A DNA stretch of 64,000 bases from Candidatus Nealsonbacteria bacterium (GCA_026396095.1 JAPLXK010000014.1:212-64211); one strand, 5' to 3'; numbered from the stretch's first letter, positions 1 to 9,951 are shown. The notes: a model not told the origin generated them from the letters alone. Numbers and translations are program-made.

Positions 1-106
1 CTTGATTCGTTTTCTTTCTTATTTCTTCCTGGATTTCATTTATTTCGTCGGTCTTTAAGGTTCTTTTTGGCGACCGATGGCTAATTCCAACCGTCTTTTT
101 GAAAAA

Positions 107-550
107 TTAAAATAAGGACTCCTTTATTTTTTGTATCATGTAATTAGCAATCGGAGGATAAATATCTTCTTTAATTTTTTCAACTAAATCTAGGGAAACC
201 CATTTGTAGCTTGAGTGTTCTTCGGCAAGTATAACATCCTGATTTTTCCCAACGATTTCGCATACCCATATGGTGCCCTTTATCTTTATTTTGCCACGAG
301 CTGTGATTATTTCATCGGAAACCTCGTCGGCCACCTTTCTTATGGGCCTTACGTCTAAATTGGTTTCCTCTTTTACTTCTCTTATGGCTGCCTCCTTATC
401 ATTTTCGCCTTCTAATATGCCTCCTTTTACGGGTTCCCATTTTTTATTGTCTATCCGCTGAAGTAAAAGCAGATTGTTGTGTTGATCTAAAATAAGCGCC
501 ATCACCCCACAAACATTCCCGTCAACAATCTTTGTTTTTTCTGTTTCCAT
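107..550 (-). CDS. NUDIX hydrolase
   Basis: 147-aa ORF. Nudix box GGILEGENDKEAAIREVKEETNL fits GX5EX7REUXEEXGU. Confidence 0.85.
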   Translation of the reverse strand: METEKTKIVDGNVCGVMALILDQHNNLLLLQRIDNKKWEPVKGGILEGENDKEAAIREVKEETNLDVRPIRKVADEVSDEIITARGKIKIKGTIWVCEIVGKNQDVILAEEHSSYKWVSLDLVEKIKEDIYPPIANYMIQKIKESLF

Positions 551-553
551 ATA

Positions 554-1315
554 TTATTGTTGTTTTTCTCTTTTAATGGCTATCAAATTTTTATTTTTAC
601 CACTTTCTAGTTCTTTTAAAATATCTTCTATCAGCTCCTTTGCGCTAAAAACGCCCTTTTTATTATATCCCCTCTGCAGCTTCTTGGTTATTTTTTTATG
701 CTCCGGATATGCTTTTGTCGCTGCCTTGAATTCCTTAAGCCAAATAGGCGTGTTTTGAACAATTACATTAAATATTTCAGAAGCATCCCAAATTAAAAAA
801 TCATTTTTTCTTTTATCGTATTTCGGATAATTTTTAAGGAAATAATCATAAAATTTAAAATGCAGCATCTCGTGAGCAATAACTGCATTCACGTATTTCT
901 TGTTTTTGTGCACATAGGGTATTTGAAATGTTTTATCTTCTAGAAAGCGCGGGTACATTCCCCATATTGTTAAATAGGCTATATATTTCCCCTTTGGCCA
1001 ATAATTATTTTTAAATAATTTATCAGTTAATAGGTAAAATTCTTTCTCTAATTTTCCCCAACTTTTTGGGTACAGAGCCAAGCCTTTTTCCATGATTCTG
1101 CCCTTTTTTGCATAAATATCCAAGACGAATTTTTTGACCTTATCTTTTCCTATTTCAATAGAATTGTTGCTTTTATACCTTTTAAAAAATGGATATTTTT
1201 GGAAAATGGCCCAATCTAAAATCTTGCCATTGTCGTATCTGGCATCGCTAATAAAGCAATAAAAGGTTCTCATGTCTTTTTTTGAATCTAATTGAAATTT
1301 TATCTTCGGATACAT
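554..1315 (-). CDS. Hypothetical protein with HExxH motif (possible zinc-dependent hydrolase)
   Basis: 253-aa ORF with a 3-nt gap to the downstream Nudix gene. The only recognisable signature is AHEMLH (HExxH). Confidence 0.3.
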   Translation of the reverse strand: MYPKIKFQLDSKKDMRTFYCFISDARYDNGKILDWAIFQKYPFFKRYKSNNSIEIGKDKVKKFVLDIYAKKGRIMEKGLALYPKSWGKLEKEFYLLTDKLFKNNYWPKGKYIAYLTIWGMYPRFLEDKTFQIPYVHKNKKYVNAVIAHEMLHFKFYDYFLKNYPKYDKRKNDFLIWDASEIFNVIVQNTPIWLKEFKAATKAYPEHKKITKKLQRGYNKKGVFSAKELIEDILKELESGKNKNLIAIKREKQQ

Positions 1316-1386
1316 AAAAAGAGGACAGCTTTTAATCTATCCTCAATATAACATGGTTGTCATTCTTGTGCTTTTACTTACTATTT

Positions 1387-2955
1387 TTATCTTCTAATGG
1401 GTAATTCAATAAAAACTGTACTTCCTTTTCCTTTACCGGGCGACTCAGCCCAGATTCTGCCGTTATGAAAATCTACAAAGCGCTTGGCAATATGAAGGCC
1501 CAAGCCGGCTCCCTCTGCAGAAAGCTTGTTCCCGGCCGAACCCCTGGAAAAGCTTTTAAATAGTTTTGATATTTCTTCTTCTGCCATTCCGTCTCCTGTA
1601 TCAGATATCTCAATTCTGACTTTTGAATCATGGCTTTTTGCCCTTATAGTAACTCCTCCTTGGTTGGTATATTTTATGGCATTATCCATCAAATTCATGA
1701 TCACCTGCTTCATTTTGTCTTTATCAATAAAAATCTTGGGCAAAGAAGCTTCCGGTTTTTCCAGCTTCAGATAAAGCTTCTTCTTTTCTGCCTGCATTTT
1801 TGTTTCCTCCATCGCCAGGTTAATTACCTCTTCTATCGGAGTTTCTTCAAAATTCATGTCCACCCCTCCCGCTTCAATGCGGGAAATATTTAAAAGCTCA
1901 TTTATCAGCTTTATCAGCCTCTCGGTTGATTGATACACATTTTCTATGGGCGGTCTGTTCTTGTCGGTTAGCTTGCCATAACTTCCCTCAAGGAGCAAAG
2001 AAACATATCCCTTTATGGCTGTTAAGGGAGTTCTTAGCTGATGGGAAGCAATTGAGACAAATTCCGATTTGGCCTTATCAAGTTTTTGAAGTTCTTGATA
2101 GGCGTCTTGAAGTTTTTCTCTGTATTTAATTTCCTGCAAGACACCCCGAACAAGAAGAGATCCTGAAATGGTAAAAAGAAAGAATAGGGATCCTCTCCAA
2201 ATATAATCAAATGTTGATTGAGAGAGAAAAATTTGAACTAATAATAAGATACCAATCGCTCCAACTAAAATTTCTGTTAGAATCACTTTTATATCAAAAA
2301 GGTGATACCTCGCCACGGCAACGGCGGTAAGAATTATATAGAGGACCACCAATCCATTGCCGACGGGAGGGATGGGAACGTTATACCATAAAAAATAATT
2401 GGTCGAACCACCAAGAAACCCAATTAAAGTTCCTAATAATATGTATTGTATTTGTACCTTTTTTTGACCCTCGGAGTGCTCATGTGCCTTAGCTAATAAC
2501 CACCAAGAATACATCGCCCACGTAAAAAACATTAAAAGATAAAAATGATATAAAATTCCTGGTTCTGCCCAAAATTTAAATCCAAATTTGGGAACCATAT
2601 CTCTAATGAAAAGATTGGTAAAATCAAATATTAAAAAAACAAAAGATAAGAAATAACCAAAAATAAGGAGTTTCTTTTTCTTTTCACCCAAGTCTAAAAA
2701 TGTGAGCACGAAATGTAAATAAGTTGTTGAAACAAAGATGGAACCAATATGCAAGACGCGAAATGCGAGAAGAGCTGTATTTTTATCTTGAGCTCCGGGC
2801 CAAAAAATATAGGCCCAGCTCCAGGCTGCCACGCTCAAACAAAATAAAGCAAATTGTCGGTTGACTGGATTTTTTTTATTCGTAAGATAAACAAAAAGAC
2901 CTAAAAAGCTACTGGCGATAGCATTAATTAGGCCTGTTAAAACATAATAAAGCAT
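1387..2955 (-). CDS. Sensor histidine kinase with polytopic membrane N-terminal domain
   Basis: About 270 aa of consecutive hydrophobic helices. H-box SIASHQLRTPLTAIKGY, N-box MNLMDNAIKYT, G-boxes DTGDGM and GAGLGL. Confidence 0.85.
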   Translation of the reverse strand: MLYYVLTGLINAIASSFLGLFVYLTNKKNPVNRQFALFCLSVAAWSWAYIFWPGAQDKNTALLAFRVLHIGSIFVSTTYLHFVLTFLDLGEKKKKLLIFGYFLSFVFLIFDFTNLFIRDMVPKFGFKFWAEPGILYHFYLLMFFTWAMYSWWLLAKAHEHSEGQKKVQIQYILLGTLIGFLGGSTNYFLWYNVPIPPVGNGLVVLYIILTAVAVARYHLFDIKVILTEILVGAIGILLLVQIFLSQSTFDYIWRGSLFFLFTISGSLLVRGVLQEIKYREKLQDAYQELQKLDKAKSEFVSIASHQLRTPLTAIKGYVSLLLEGSYGKLTDKNRPPIENVYQSTERLIKLINELLNISRIEAGGVDMNFEETPIEEVINLAMEETKMQAEKKKLYLKLEKPEASLPKIFIDKDKMKQVIMNLMDNAIKYTNQGGVTIRAKSHDSKVRIEISDTGDGMAEEEISKLFKSFSRGSAGNKLSAEGAGLGLHIAKRFVDFHNGRIWAESPGKGKGSTVFIELPIRR

Positions 2956-2982
2956 AAACGGAAGCTAATTATTTAAAAATAT

Positions 2983-3867
2983 TTATGGCTTCGGCGTCCC
3001 AATCCCCATAAAATGAAATCCGTAGGAATCAGTAAATCCTTTTTTCCAAAGATATCCAGCTTGATCAAATATTTTTTTAAGTTTTTCCTCATTTTTATAA
3101 ACGAAATCCCAGTTTGCAACCCAGTTCATTATATAACAAGCGAAAGGATCTTCTTCTTTCATCTTGTCTGTAACATTACTTGCAATTATGCAACCACCTT
3201 CTTTTAGAAGCCCTCTAGCTGTTTGAAGTATATTAACACATACCTCGCTTTGTAGGGCACATAAAATTCCAACAAGAATTACGATGTCAAATTTCTTTTC
3301 CGGTTCGTATTTCAAAAAACTTCCTTCAACAAAATCAATTAGATGATCAACTTTTTTAATGCTTGCTATTCTTTTTCCTCGTTTTAAAGCCGTAACGTCT
3401 CTATCAACATTAATTGCTCTTATGTTAGAAAAATTTTGATAATACTTAGATAAAACGTCAACTACATCTCTACCAGGACCAGAACCAAAGTTACCAATTA
3501 GAACTTCTCCTTTTGGGCTATATTCCTCAATAACCTTATGAAGCTCGTCTTCTACGGCATCTAGGCGAGCTTTTATCGCACTGCCAGCCTTAGATTTAAG
3601 TGCGTAACTATCAAGGATAGATTGCGAAGGTAATCGCTCGTAAAGAAATTCTGTAACCATGGAACTCGCGTTTTGAGCTGCCATTGCCGAAAAGAAAACG
3701 CTATTATTAATGAAATACTCATGCGCCTCTTCTTCGACTTGAGGGTCAGAGGGTAGCCCCCTGTAATTATCAATAAGAAAATCTTTTATCCTTTTATTTT
3801 TTTCCTCAAGATCTTTGAATAATTGAAGAGATGCCTCGTCAAAATTACTTTCCTTGTCTTTTTCCAT
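2983..3867 (-). CDS. Class I SAM-dependent methyltransferase
   Basis: 294-aa ORF. Glycine-rich SAM loop LIGNFGSGPGRD followed by an acidic-residue strand pattern. Confidence 0.65.
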   Translation of the reverse strand: MEKDKESNFDEASLQLFKDLEEKNKRIKDFLIDNYRGLPSDPQVEEEAHEYFINNSVFFSAMAAQNASSMVTEFLYERLPSQSILDSYALKSKAGSAIKARLDAVEDELHKVIEEYSPKGEVLIGNFGSGPGRDVVDVLSKYYQNFSNIRAINVDRDVTALKRGKRIASIKKVDHLIDFVEGSFLKYEPEKKFDIVILVGILCALQSEVCVNILQTARGLLKEGGCIIASNVTDKMKEEDPFACYIMNWVANWDFVYKNEEKLKKIFDQAGYLWKKGFTDSYGFHFMGIGTPKP

Positions 3868-3871
3868 GGAA

Positions 3872-4124
3872 ATTAAAAATATTATAGCTTTTTTTGTTTT
3901 GCCGATTCTTTCTTTAATCTTACTAAATTATCGCTTAAATAACAACGAGCCCTGATTATATGAGGCCCTACGATGCGATCAGGCGCACCAAACAATAATT
4001 TGATCCTATAACATCTTTTACGATATTTCTAGCTAAGACCTAGCTTTTGACCTACCTTAGGATCTAAGTTTGTTGTAAACAATTTTTTGATTTCTTTTGG
4101 CTTAACCCACCTAATTTCAGCTAT
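3872..4124. repeat. Direct repeat copy A (~250 bp), homologous to 5141..5378
   Basis: By-eye alignment gives blocks at roughly 85% identity. Examples: ttaaaaatattatagctttt vs ttaaaaattatagctttt, and ctagctaagacctagc...cttttgg(c/t)t(t/c)aacccacctaatttcagctatt. Confidence 0.7.
4029..4124 (-). pseudogene. Remnant of a Nudix gene 3' end (last ~31 codons only)
   Basis: Translates to IAEIRWVKPKEIKKLFTTNLDPKVGQKLGLS*. The intact Nudix at 5283..5714 ends IAEIRWVEPKEMKKLFTTDLDSKVGHELGLS*. Upstream homology is cut off by the stop codon of the alpha/beta hydrolase gene. Confidence 0.65.
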
Positions 4125-5017
4125 TCTATCCAATTCTTAACCTTCTCGGCCAATTCCTTTTCTTTATTCTCAAAAGAGTGATTCGCCCCCCGGACAACCT
4201 CAACTCTACTTGGTTTATTTTTAATATTTCTTTTTAACAAATTAGCAATGGTTTTAATGTTTTTACTGAAAAAATATTTATCTTTATCCCCCATTAAAAT
4301 CAGAATTGGAATTTTTATTTTAGCTAATATTTTAAAGTCAGTTTTTTTATTATGAAAGGGGAAAACGTTCTCGCTGCTATTTTCTGAATACAGACTCGAA
4401 AATCTTTGATAAGAAATTGGAAATTCTAACCTATTGCCTAGGATTGGGAGGAGACCGAATCCTTTTCTTGTCATTTCTATCGATTCTTCAAGTAAACCCT
4501 GAAAATCCTTTCCCAATTCTTTTCTTCCGATAAGAATATTGCTGCCGGGCGATATAAATATTGCAGCGATTATTGCCCTATCGCCGTTTTGGCTGAGATA
4601 ATAGCCAACCTTATCTGCGCCGGAGCTTATGCCAGCTAATAATATTTCTTTAAATCCCTTCTTTTTCAAAAAACCTACACCAGCGCTAATATCAAGCACG
4701 CAATCCTCAAATCTTTCCATAGCTGAGCCTAAAACCCGGTACCCTCCCTTCTCCTTATGAGTTATGTTTAAAATATCGTGACCTCTCGTATTTAATGCCA
4801 AAACCGCAAACCCCACACCAATAAAGGCTTCTATTATCTTTTGGTTGCTTCTGAAATTTCCCGGAAAGCCGTGGATGAAAAGGATTGCCCTGTTCCTATT
4901 TCTTAAATTAAAAAATAGTCCATCCAAGACAAGTCCATCTCTTGTCTTAATTTTTTCAACTGAATATTTCATTAAGTAACATATAACACAAAAAAGATGG
5001 TTGAAATATCCAACCAT
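4121..5017 (-). CDS. Alpha/beta-fold hydrolase
   Basis: LFIHGFPGN oxyanion-region motif and nucleophile elbow GISSGAD (GxSxG). A more likely start is Met16 (coordinate 4972). Confidence 0.75.
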   Translation of the reverse strand: MVGYFNHLFCVICYLMKYSVEKIKTRDGLVLDGLFFNLRNRNRAILFIHGFPGNFRSNQKIIEAFIGVGFAVLALNTRGHDILNITHKEKGGYRVLGSAMERFEDCVLDISAGVGFLKKKGFKEILLAGISSGADKVGYYLSQNGDRAIIAAIFISPGSNILIGRKELGKDFQGLLEESIEMTRKGFGLLPILGNRLEFPISYQRFSSLYSENSSENVFPFHNKKTDFKILAKIKIPILILMGDKDKYFFSKNIKTIANLLKRNIKNKPSRVEVVRGANHSFENKEKELAEKVKNWIE

Positions 5018-5140
5018 TTTTGTTCAACATTTAGTCCAATTTTGGAGTTTGCCGCGCCAGTCGTCGGCTCGAGCTGACTCCTGTTCGTTCTTTACTTGGG
5101 AAAGAACGGTTTCAATGAACTCTTCTTTAGACATGTTGTT

Positions 5141-5378
5141 TTAAAAATTATAGCTTTTCTTAATTTTTTCTAATCTATCCTTAATCCTACTAAATTATTA
5201 CTTAAAAAACAATGAGGCATGCTTATACAAAGAACTATAGCGCACCCAAGTGCGCCACAGAGAATTACTTTTATCAATATCTCTAGCTAAGACCTAGCTC
5301 GTGTCCTACCTTAGAATCTAAATCTGTTGTAAATAATTTTTTCATTTCTTTTGGTTCAACCCACCTAATTTCAGCTAT
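5141..5378. repeat. Direct repeat copy B (includes the 3' end and downstream flank of the intact Nudix gene)
   Basis: Homologous to 3872..4124 (see copy A). Confidence 0.7.
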
Positions 5379-5714
5379 TTCATGAGGATTTTTTGGTTTT
5401 GCTATCGGTTCTTCTGATAGCAGCTTACAAAGATGATAAACAATAAATACCGGAAATTGAGGATGGATTCTAGATGAAATTTCTTTGATAGATTCAACTT
5501 TATAACCGGTTTCTTCTAATATTTCCCTCTCAACACACTCTTTTTTGCTTTCATTTTTATGCAATCTGCCCCCCGGAAACGCCCAGCTTAAAATTGATTT
5601 ATCCTTTCCTCCTTCTTTTTTGGCCCGCTTAATTAACAGAACCTCCTTATGGCTATTAATGACTATTCCTAGGTTGATAGTTTCTTTAACGTTGCTAACG
5701 GAAGGCCTTTTCAT
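5283..5714 (-). CDS. NUDIX hydrolase
   Basis: Nudix box GGRLHKNESKKECVEREILEETGY. Confidence 0.85.
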   Translation of the reverse strand: MKRPSVSNVKETINLGIVINSHKEVLLIKRAKKEGGKDKSILSWAFPGGRLHKNESKKECVEREILEETGYKVESIKEISSRIHPQFPVFIVYHLCKLLSEEPIAKPKNPHEIAEIRWVEPKEMKKLFTTDLDSKVGHELGLS

Positions 5715-5841
5715 ATTTTTATACTATCAAAAAATCGCCTTTCGGGAGATTTGTAAACCAGAATTCGCTTTAATATTTAAGTGCATCTCTTCCCTAAAAA
5801 TAAAAGGGAGCTTTAGTTCTCCTTTTGATAAAATCCTGAGT

Positions 5842-7293
5842 TTACCTATTAACAAAAATTGGTTGTGCTGACAATTTCATTGAAACGGGTAGTGGTCTAA
5901 ATGGCATGTTGTTTGTTTCATCAAGAACCTCCTTTATCAACTCATCTAATTTCATCTGTTTTTGTTTTCCGTCTTTTCTTATTCTGGCAGAAATTTTTTG
6001 ATTTTGGATTTCTTTGTCACCGATTATTATTACATACGGTATCCAATTTTTTTCAGCATCTCTAATTTTTTTATTTAGAGTTTCGTTACGATCATCAAGT
6101 TCAGTTCTTATTTTCTCTTTATTGAGTTTATCCGTTATTTTCAGTGAATATTCAACTTGCCTTTCGGTTATCGGAAGTATTCTTACTTGAATCGGCGACA
6201 ACCATAAAGGTAGGATTGGAACTTCTTTTTTTAAAGCTTCTTCAAGTATAGAAAATATCCAACGCTCTATTGAACCAACTGAGGAATGACATATGATACA
6301 TCCCTGATTTTTTCCCTGTTCATTAACGAAAGTAATTCCATAGCGTTCAGCATCTTCAATGTCTAATTGAACAGTAGATAATTGACAATTACCGTTCACT
6401 GAATCAATGAATTGGAATTCGTGTTTTACTGCCCAATAGTGTTTCATTTCCGAGAGAATCTCAATTAAAGCAGGTTTTCGACTGTATTTTAGAAGCTTTA
6501 TGATGTTTTCTTTATATTTTTCATAAAAATCTTCTACTATTCTGAATACAATAGCGTATTCTATTTTAGTTTCATCCGCTAAGTCAGCATAGTTTTCATA
6601 AAGACTTTTATATTCGTTCCATCCCTGGTCCAAATCACGGCAGAAGCAATGAATATCAGGCATACTAAAAGCTCTGAGCCTCCTTAATCCAACCAATTCA
6701 CCACTTCTTTCGTATCTGAAGCTATTAGAGAATTCGTAAATTCTTACTGGTAAATGTTTATAGCTCATATTTACATTCTTCATCATTCTAAATAACCCGA
6801 AATCACCAGCAAACCTTAAAATTAGTTCTTTTTTCTTGGTGGGTCCCTGAACCCTATAATGTCTTTCGTGGAATGATTCTCCTTGAGCCTTAATGTCCGG
6901 TTGGGACCAATCATAAATTAAAGGCGTACCAATTTCCATAGCATTAAAACGTTTTATGGCAATCTCTTCGGCCCAATCCCTCAATAAATTATAAATTAGC
7001 ATTCCTTTCGGATAAAACCGGAAATGTCCCGGATCGCTTGCTGATTCATAATCAACTAACTCTAAAGCCCTCATGGCTTTTACAGAAGGAGGTTCTTTCC
7101 CCAAAGATGCATCTTTCTGGAGAATTTCTATGTTAAGAAGTTTCTCTAGGGCTACGTTGTTTTTAATTATTGGGATTTCTTTTAGGTTACTTTTTTCGTC
7201 TATGCCAAATTCGTCTCCATTAGGAGATAGAATGCAAAATTTACTCTGAATTCCTGAAATTTTTTCTTCTCGTCCCATAAGTGGTGCAGACAT
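5842..7293 (-). CDS. thrS: Threonine--tRNA ligase, short archaeal-like form without an N-terminal editing domain
   Basis: Class II core: FRFYPKGMLIYNLLRDW, and RLRAFSMPDIHCFC (compare RVRGFTQDDAHIFC). C-terminal anticodon-binding domain: PLWLSPIQVRILPI...KKIRDAEKNWIPYVIIIGDKE. Only about 85 aa precede the catalytic core. Confidence 0.75.
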   Translation of the reverse strand: MSAPLMGREEKISGIQSKFCILSPNGDEFGIDEKSNLKEIPIIKNNVALEKLLNIEILQKDASLGKEPPSVKAMRALELVDYESASDPGHFRFYPKGMLIYNLLRDWAEEIAIKRFNAMEIGTPLIYDWSQPDIKAQGESFHERHYRVQGPTKKKELILRFAGDFGLFRMMKNVNMSYKHLPVRIYEFSNSFRYERSGELVGLRRLRAFSMPDIHCFCRDLDQGWNEYKSLYENYADLADETKIEYAIVFRIVEDFYEKYKENIIKLLKYSRKPALIEILSEMKHYWAVKHEFQFIDSVNGNCQLSTVQLDIEDAERYGITFVNEQGKNQGCIICHSSVGSIERWIFSILEEALKKEVPILPLWLSPIQVRILPITERQVEYSLKITDKLNKEKIRTELDDRNETLNKKIRDAEKNWIPYVIIIGDKEIQNQKISARIRKDGKQKQMKLDELIKEVLDETNNMPFRPLPVSMKLSAQPIFVNR

Positions 7294-7500
7294 CTTTTTT
7301 TCTCTCCTTTCAACTATTTTTTAATATTACCTCGACTTTTCTTTTCGGGCAAACAATATAGAAATAATTAGCTAATTCTTTTTTGACGCAATAAATTTAA
7401 AAAAAATCGTCCGAAAGGCGAGCGTCTTGAGAAATCGTGCTAATTCCTCCCAGATTTATAGCGAGGGTAGAATCCGGGGTGCTTCAAATATTTGTTAAAG

Positions 7501-8082
7501 TTAACTCAAGATTGGTTTTTTTAATTCCACTTTATTATTTTTTATTTCAAGCACCACAACTTCAGCTGGCATATATTGATATTTTTCTATTTTTTTTAAC
7601 GAAATGACGGTAAGGGATTTAAGGATTATTTTAATAATAGTAACGTGGGTAACTAATACTATATTTTTATTTTTCTTGATTAATTTTTTTACTAAAGGCA
7701 TTACTCTTTTTTCTGCGTCTTTGTAGCTTTCACCTTGGGGCATGCTAAAATTCCATTTATTTCTTTTTCTTTTTTTAAAAATTTCTGGGTATTTCTCCTC
7801 CGCCTCTTCTAATGTTAATCCCTCAAATATCCCAAAATTTACTTCTCTCAACTGCGGAACTATATGAATTTTCAAATTTAAACATTTTGTTAATTCTTCT
7901 GCGGTCTGAATACATCTCCTTAAATTACTCGTATAAATTTCTTCTATATTTTTATTTTTAAGTTCTAGAGCGACTCTCTTTGATTGTAAAATACCTTTTT
8001 TGGTCAAAGGTAAATCCGTGTAACTTAGAAATCCTATTTTACTCCAACTAATTTCACCGTGACGAACTATAAATAGCCTCAT
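7501..8082 (-). CDS. Histidine phosphatase family protein (phosphoglycerate mutase-like)
   Basis: N-terminal LFIVRHGE (RHG catalytic motif); 193 aa. Confidence 0.8.
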   Translation of the reverse strand: MRLFIVRHGEISWSKIGFLSYTDLPLTKKGILQSKRVALELKNKNIEEIYTSNLRRCIQTAEELTKCLNLKIHIVPQLREVNFGIFEGLTLEEAEEKYPEIFKKRKRNKWNFSMPQGESYKDAEKRVMPLVKKLIKKNKNIVLVTHVTIIKIILKSLTVISLKKIEKYQYMPAEVVVLEIKNNKVELKKPILS

Positions 8083-8090
8083 AATCTAAC

Positions 8091-8546
8091 TTATCTTTGT
8101 TGCCATTTCTGACCGCACTTGTTTTGAATTTTTGCATATTTGAATGTTTCTTTAATGTAATTTTTTACATTGGGAGGAAACTTAAACTTATCAATCTCAA
8201 TCTCTTTAATCCATTTTACTTCATCGGTATCTTCTAAGGGCTTGGCTTTTCCGCTTTTATATTGGCAGATAAAAACAATAGCCAAGGTTAGCTGACCATC
8301 TTCAGAGTGCTGAAAAACATTGCTATAAATTATAGCTTCTGGATTTACTATCAATCCTATTTCCTCTTTAATTTCTCTTTGAACGGTTTTTTGGAGAGGA
8401 TAGATAGCATTATTTAGCTCCATTTTTCCACCAGGCAAACACCATCTTCCTGCCTGATGTTTTTCTTTCTCGCTTCTCTTGATGATTAAAACCTGATTAT
8501 TTAAGAAAACCGCCCCATTGACTAAAACTGAATATTTTTTTACCAT
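8091..8546 (-). CDS. NUDIX hydrolase
   Basis: Nudix box GGKMELNNAIYPLQKTVQREIKEEIGL. Confidence 0.85.
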   Translation of the reverse strand: MVKKYSVLVNGAVFLNNQVLIIKRSEKEKHQAGRWCLPGGKMELNNAIYPLQKTVQREIKEEIGLIVNPEAIIYSNVFQHSEDGQLTLAIVFICQYKSGKAKPLEDTDEVKWIKEIEIDKFKFPPNVKNYIKETFKYAKIQNKCGQKWQQR

Positions 8547-8637
8547 TTTTGTTTCATTGATTGGCTAAATAGTCCGCTAAGCTTCATTATTTATAATTAA
8601 TTATAATATAATAAGCTTGCTTTTAATAAATCTTTTC

Positions 8638-9141
8638 TTAAAAACTGCCAAACCGCCAATGAGCTTTTTCTTCACCAAATTTTTTAACATAATAAGCGTC
8701 GATATTGTCTTCTATGTTATCCTTAAGGTTAAATCCTAGTTTTTTAGCAATTTTTTTAATATTTTTTTTCTTTCCCTCTATTTCACAAAAAACACCTATA
8801 GGATAAAAATCTATACAAATTTCATATCCTTGTCTGATATACAAAAATCTGATCTTTTCGTAAGAATTTTCAAGTTTTAAGTTTTTAGATAATGTTTTTA
8901 TCTTTCTTTCTCTTACCTTTTTAATCTTACCGTCTAACCATTTAGTTTTTTCATAAATTATTTCTTTATTTCTGCCGGAAAAAACTAATCTTTTTCTTAT
9001 TTTTTCCTCTTTAAATCCCTTGCCCGAGCCATAAACCTCATCTAAAATATAGGCAATTTTAGGAGGAGCGCCTCCTATTTTTTCAAACAATTTTTGAGCA
9101 TTTCCGACCGGAAACTTAAATTCTAATTCAATTTTTTTCAT
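8638..9141 (-). CDS. CYTH domain protein (triphosphate tunnel metalloenzyme, CyaB-like)
   Basis: N-terminal IELEFKF (ExExK). Basic strands KIRKRL and VRERK. C-terminal acidic strand VFCEIEG. Confidence 0.7.
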   Translation of the reverse strand: MKKIELEFKFPVGNAQKLFEKIGGAPPKIAYILDEVYGSGKGFKEEKIRKRLVFSGRNKEIIYEKTKWLDGKIKKVRERKIKTLSKNLKLENSYEKIRFLYIRQGYEICIDFYPIGVFCEIEGKKKNIKKIAKKLGFNLKDNIEDNIDAYYVKKFGEEKAHWRFGSF

Positions 9142-9951
9142 TTATTCTTTAAAAAATAGATTTTCAGCTAGGCTATAAAAAACGTTTTTCTGTTCGTCTT
9201 TACGAAAAACGCGCTCCACGAGTTTTATATAAGGTGCTACTTCGCATAATGACGTATCTTCTCCGCTATAATCTGTACCAAACATCACCTTCTTTTTAAC
9301 TTCCGGATAATATGAAAATACCCTGGACAAGTCTTTGATGTATTGATTTAAAATATCTCTCGCATCTTCTTTAGAGGATAGTCTCTCTATGGTTCCTGAA
9401 ATTTCCGTAAATACATTTTCATTTTTATATATAACCGTAGCGGTCTCTAATTGATAAGGGAATCCGAAATGAGAAATAATTATTTTACATTTTGGAAATT
9501 TAACAGCTAATTCATCTATATATATTGGATGTGCATACTTAAACAAAGCTTTTTTATCAACAGAATATGTGGTCCCCGAATGAAATATTAAGGGTTTGTT
9601 GTATTTTTGGCAGAGATCTGCGGTTGGATACACCTTTTCGTCCGAGGGATAAAAATATTGATAACCAGGATATAATTTTATTCCAAAGATTTTCTTCTCA
9701 CGAAATAATTTTTCAAGTTTTTCTAACTGTTCATTTATATTGCTTTCAATATTTACGGTCCCGACAAGAAAAAGATTGTTCTTTGTAGAGATAAAACTTA
9801 GCAAATCTTCTAAGTTTTGTTCATGCCAAGCCATAACTAAAACCTTTAACTCTCTGCCCTTTGTTTTACTAAGGTAGGTTTGATATGTTTCTTCGGTATA
9901 AATATGGGTATGAATATCGATAATCATAGAACATGACACCCTCTCCGCCAC
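9142..9951 (-). CDS. Amidohydrolase-family (TIM-barrel metal-dependent) hydrolase
   Basis: IIDIHTHIY metal-binding HxH motif close to the N-terminus. The start may be Met9 (9927). Confidence 0.7.
   Translation of the reverse strand: MAERVSCSMIIDIHTHIYTEETYQTYLSKTKGRELKVLVMAWHEQNLEDLLSFISTKNNLFLVGTVNIESNINEQLEKLEKLFREKKIFGIKLYPGYQYFYPSDEKVYPTADLCQKYNKPLIFHSGTTYSVDKKALFKYAHPIYIDELAVKFPKCKIIISHFGFPYQLETATVIYKNENVFTEISGTIERLSSKEDARDILNQYIKDLSRVFSYYPEVKKKVMFGTDYSGEDTSLCEVAPYIKLVERVFRKDEQKNVFYSLAENLFFKE

Noticed and set aside
1-106. Open minus-strand frame continuing out of the window (..KTDEINEIQEEIRKKTNQ) directly after the Nudix stop codon
   Set aside because: There is no ATG, GTG or TTG between the Nudix stop (107..109) and the window edge. 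A gene start cannot be placed from this window alone.
5024-5134. 36-aa minus-strand ORF (MSKEEFIETVLSQVKNEQESARADDWRGKLQNWTKC) between the hydrolase and repeat copy B
   Set aside because: It has no ribosome-binding site, no recognisable motif and no terminator of its own. It is plausible but unsupported, so it was left unannotated.
7294-7500. T-box or other leader upstream of thrS
   Set aside because: The 207-nt spacer has a weak hairpin plus T-run, which is probably the terminator of the upstream phosphatase gene. It has no T-box consensus (AGGGUGGNACCGCG-like) or specifier architecture that I could recognise.
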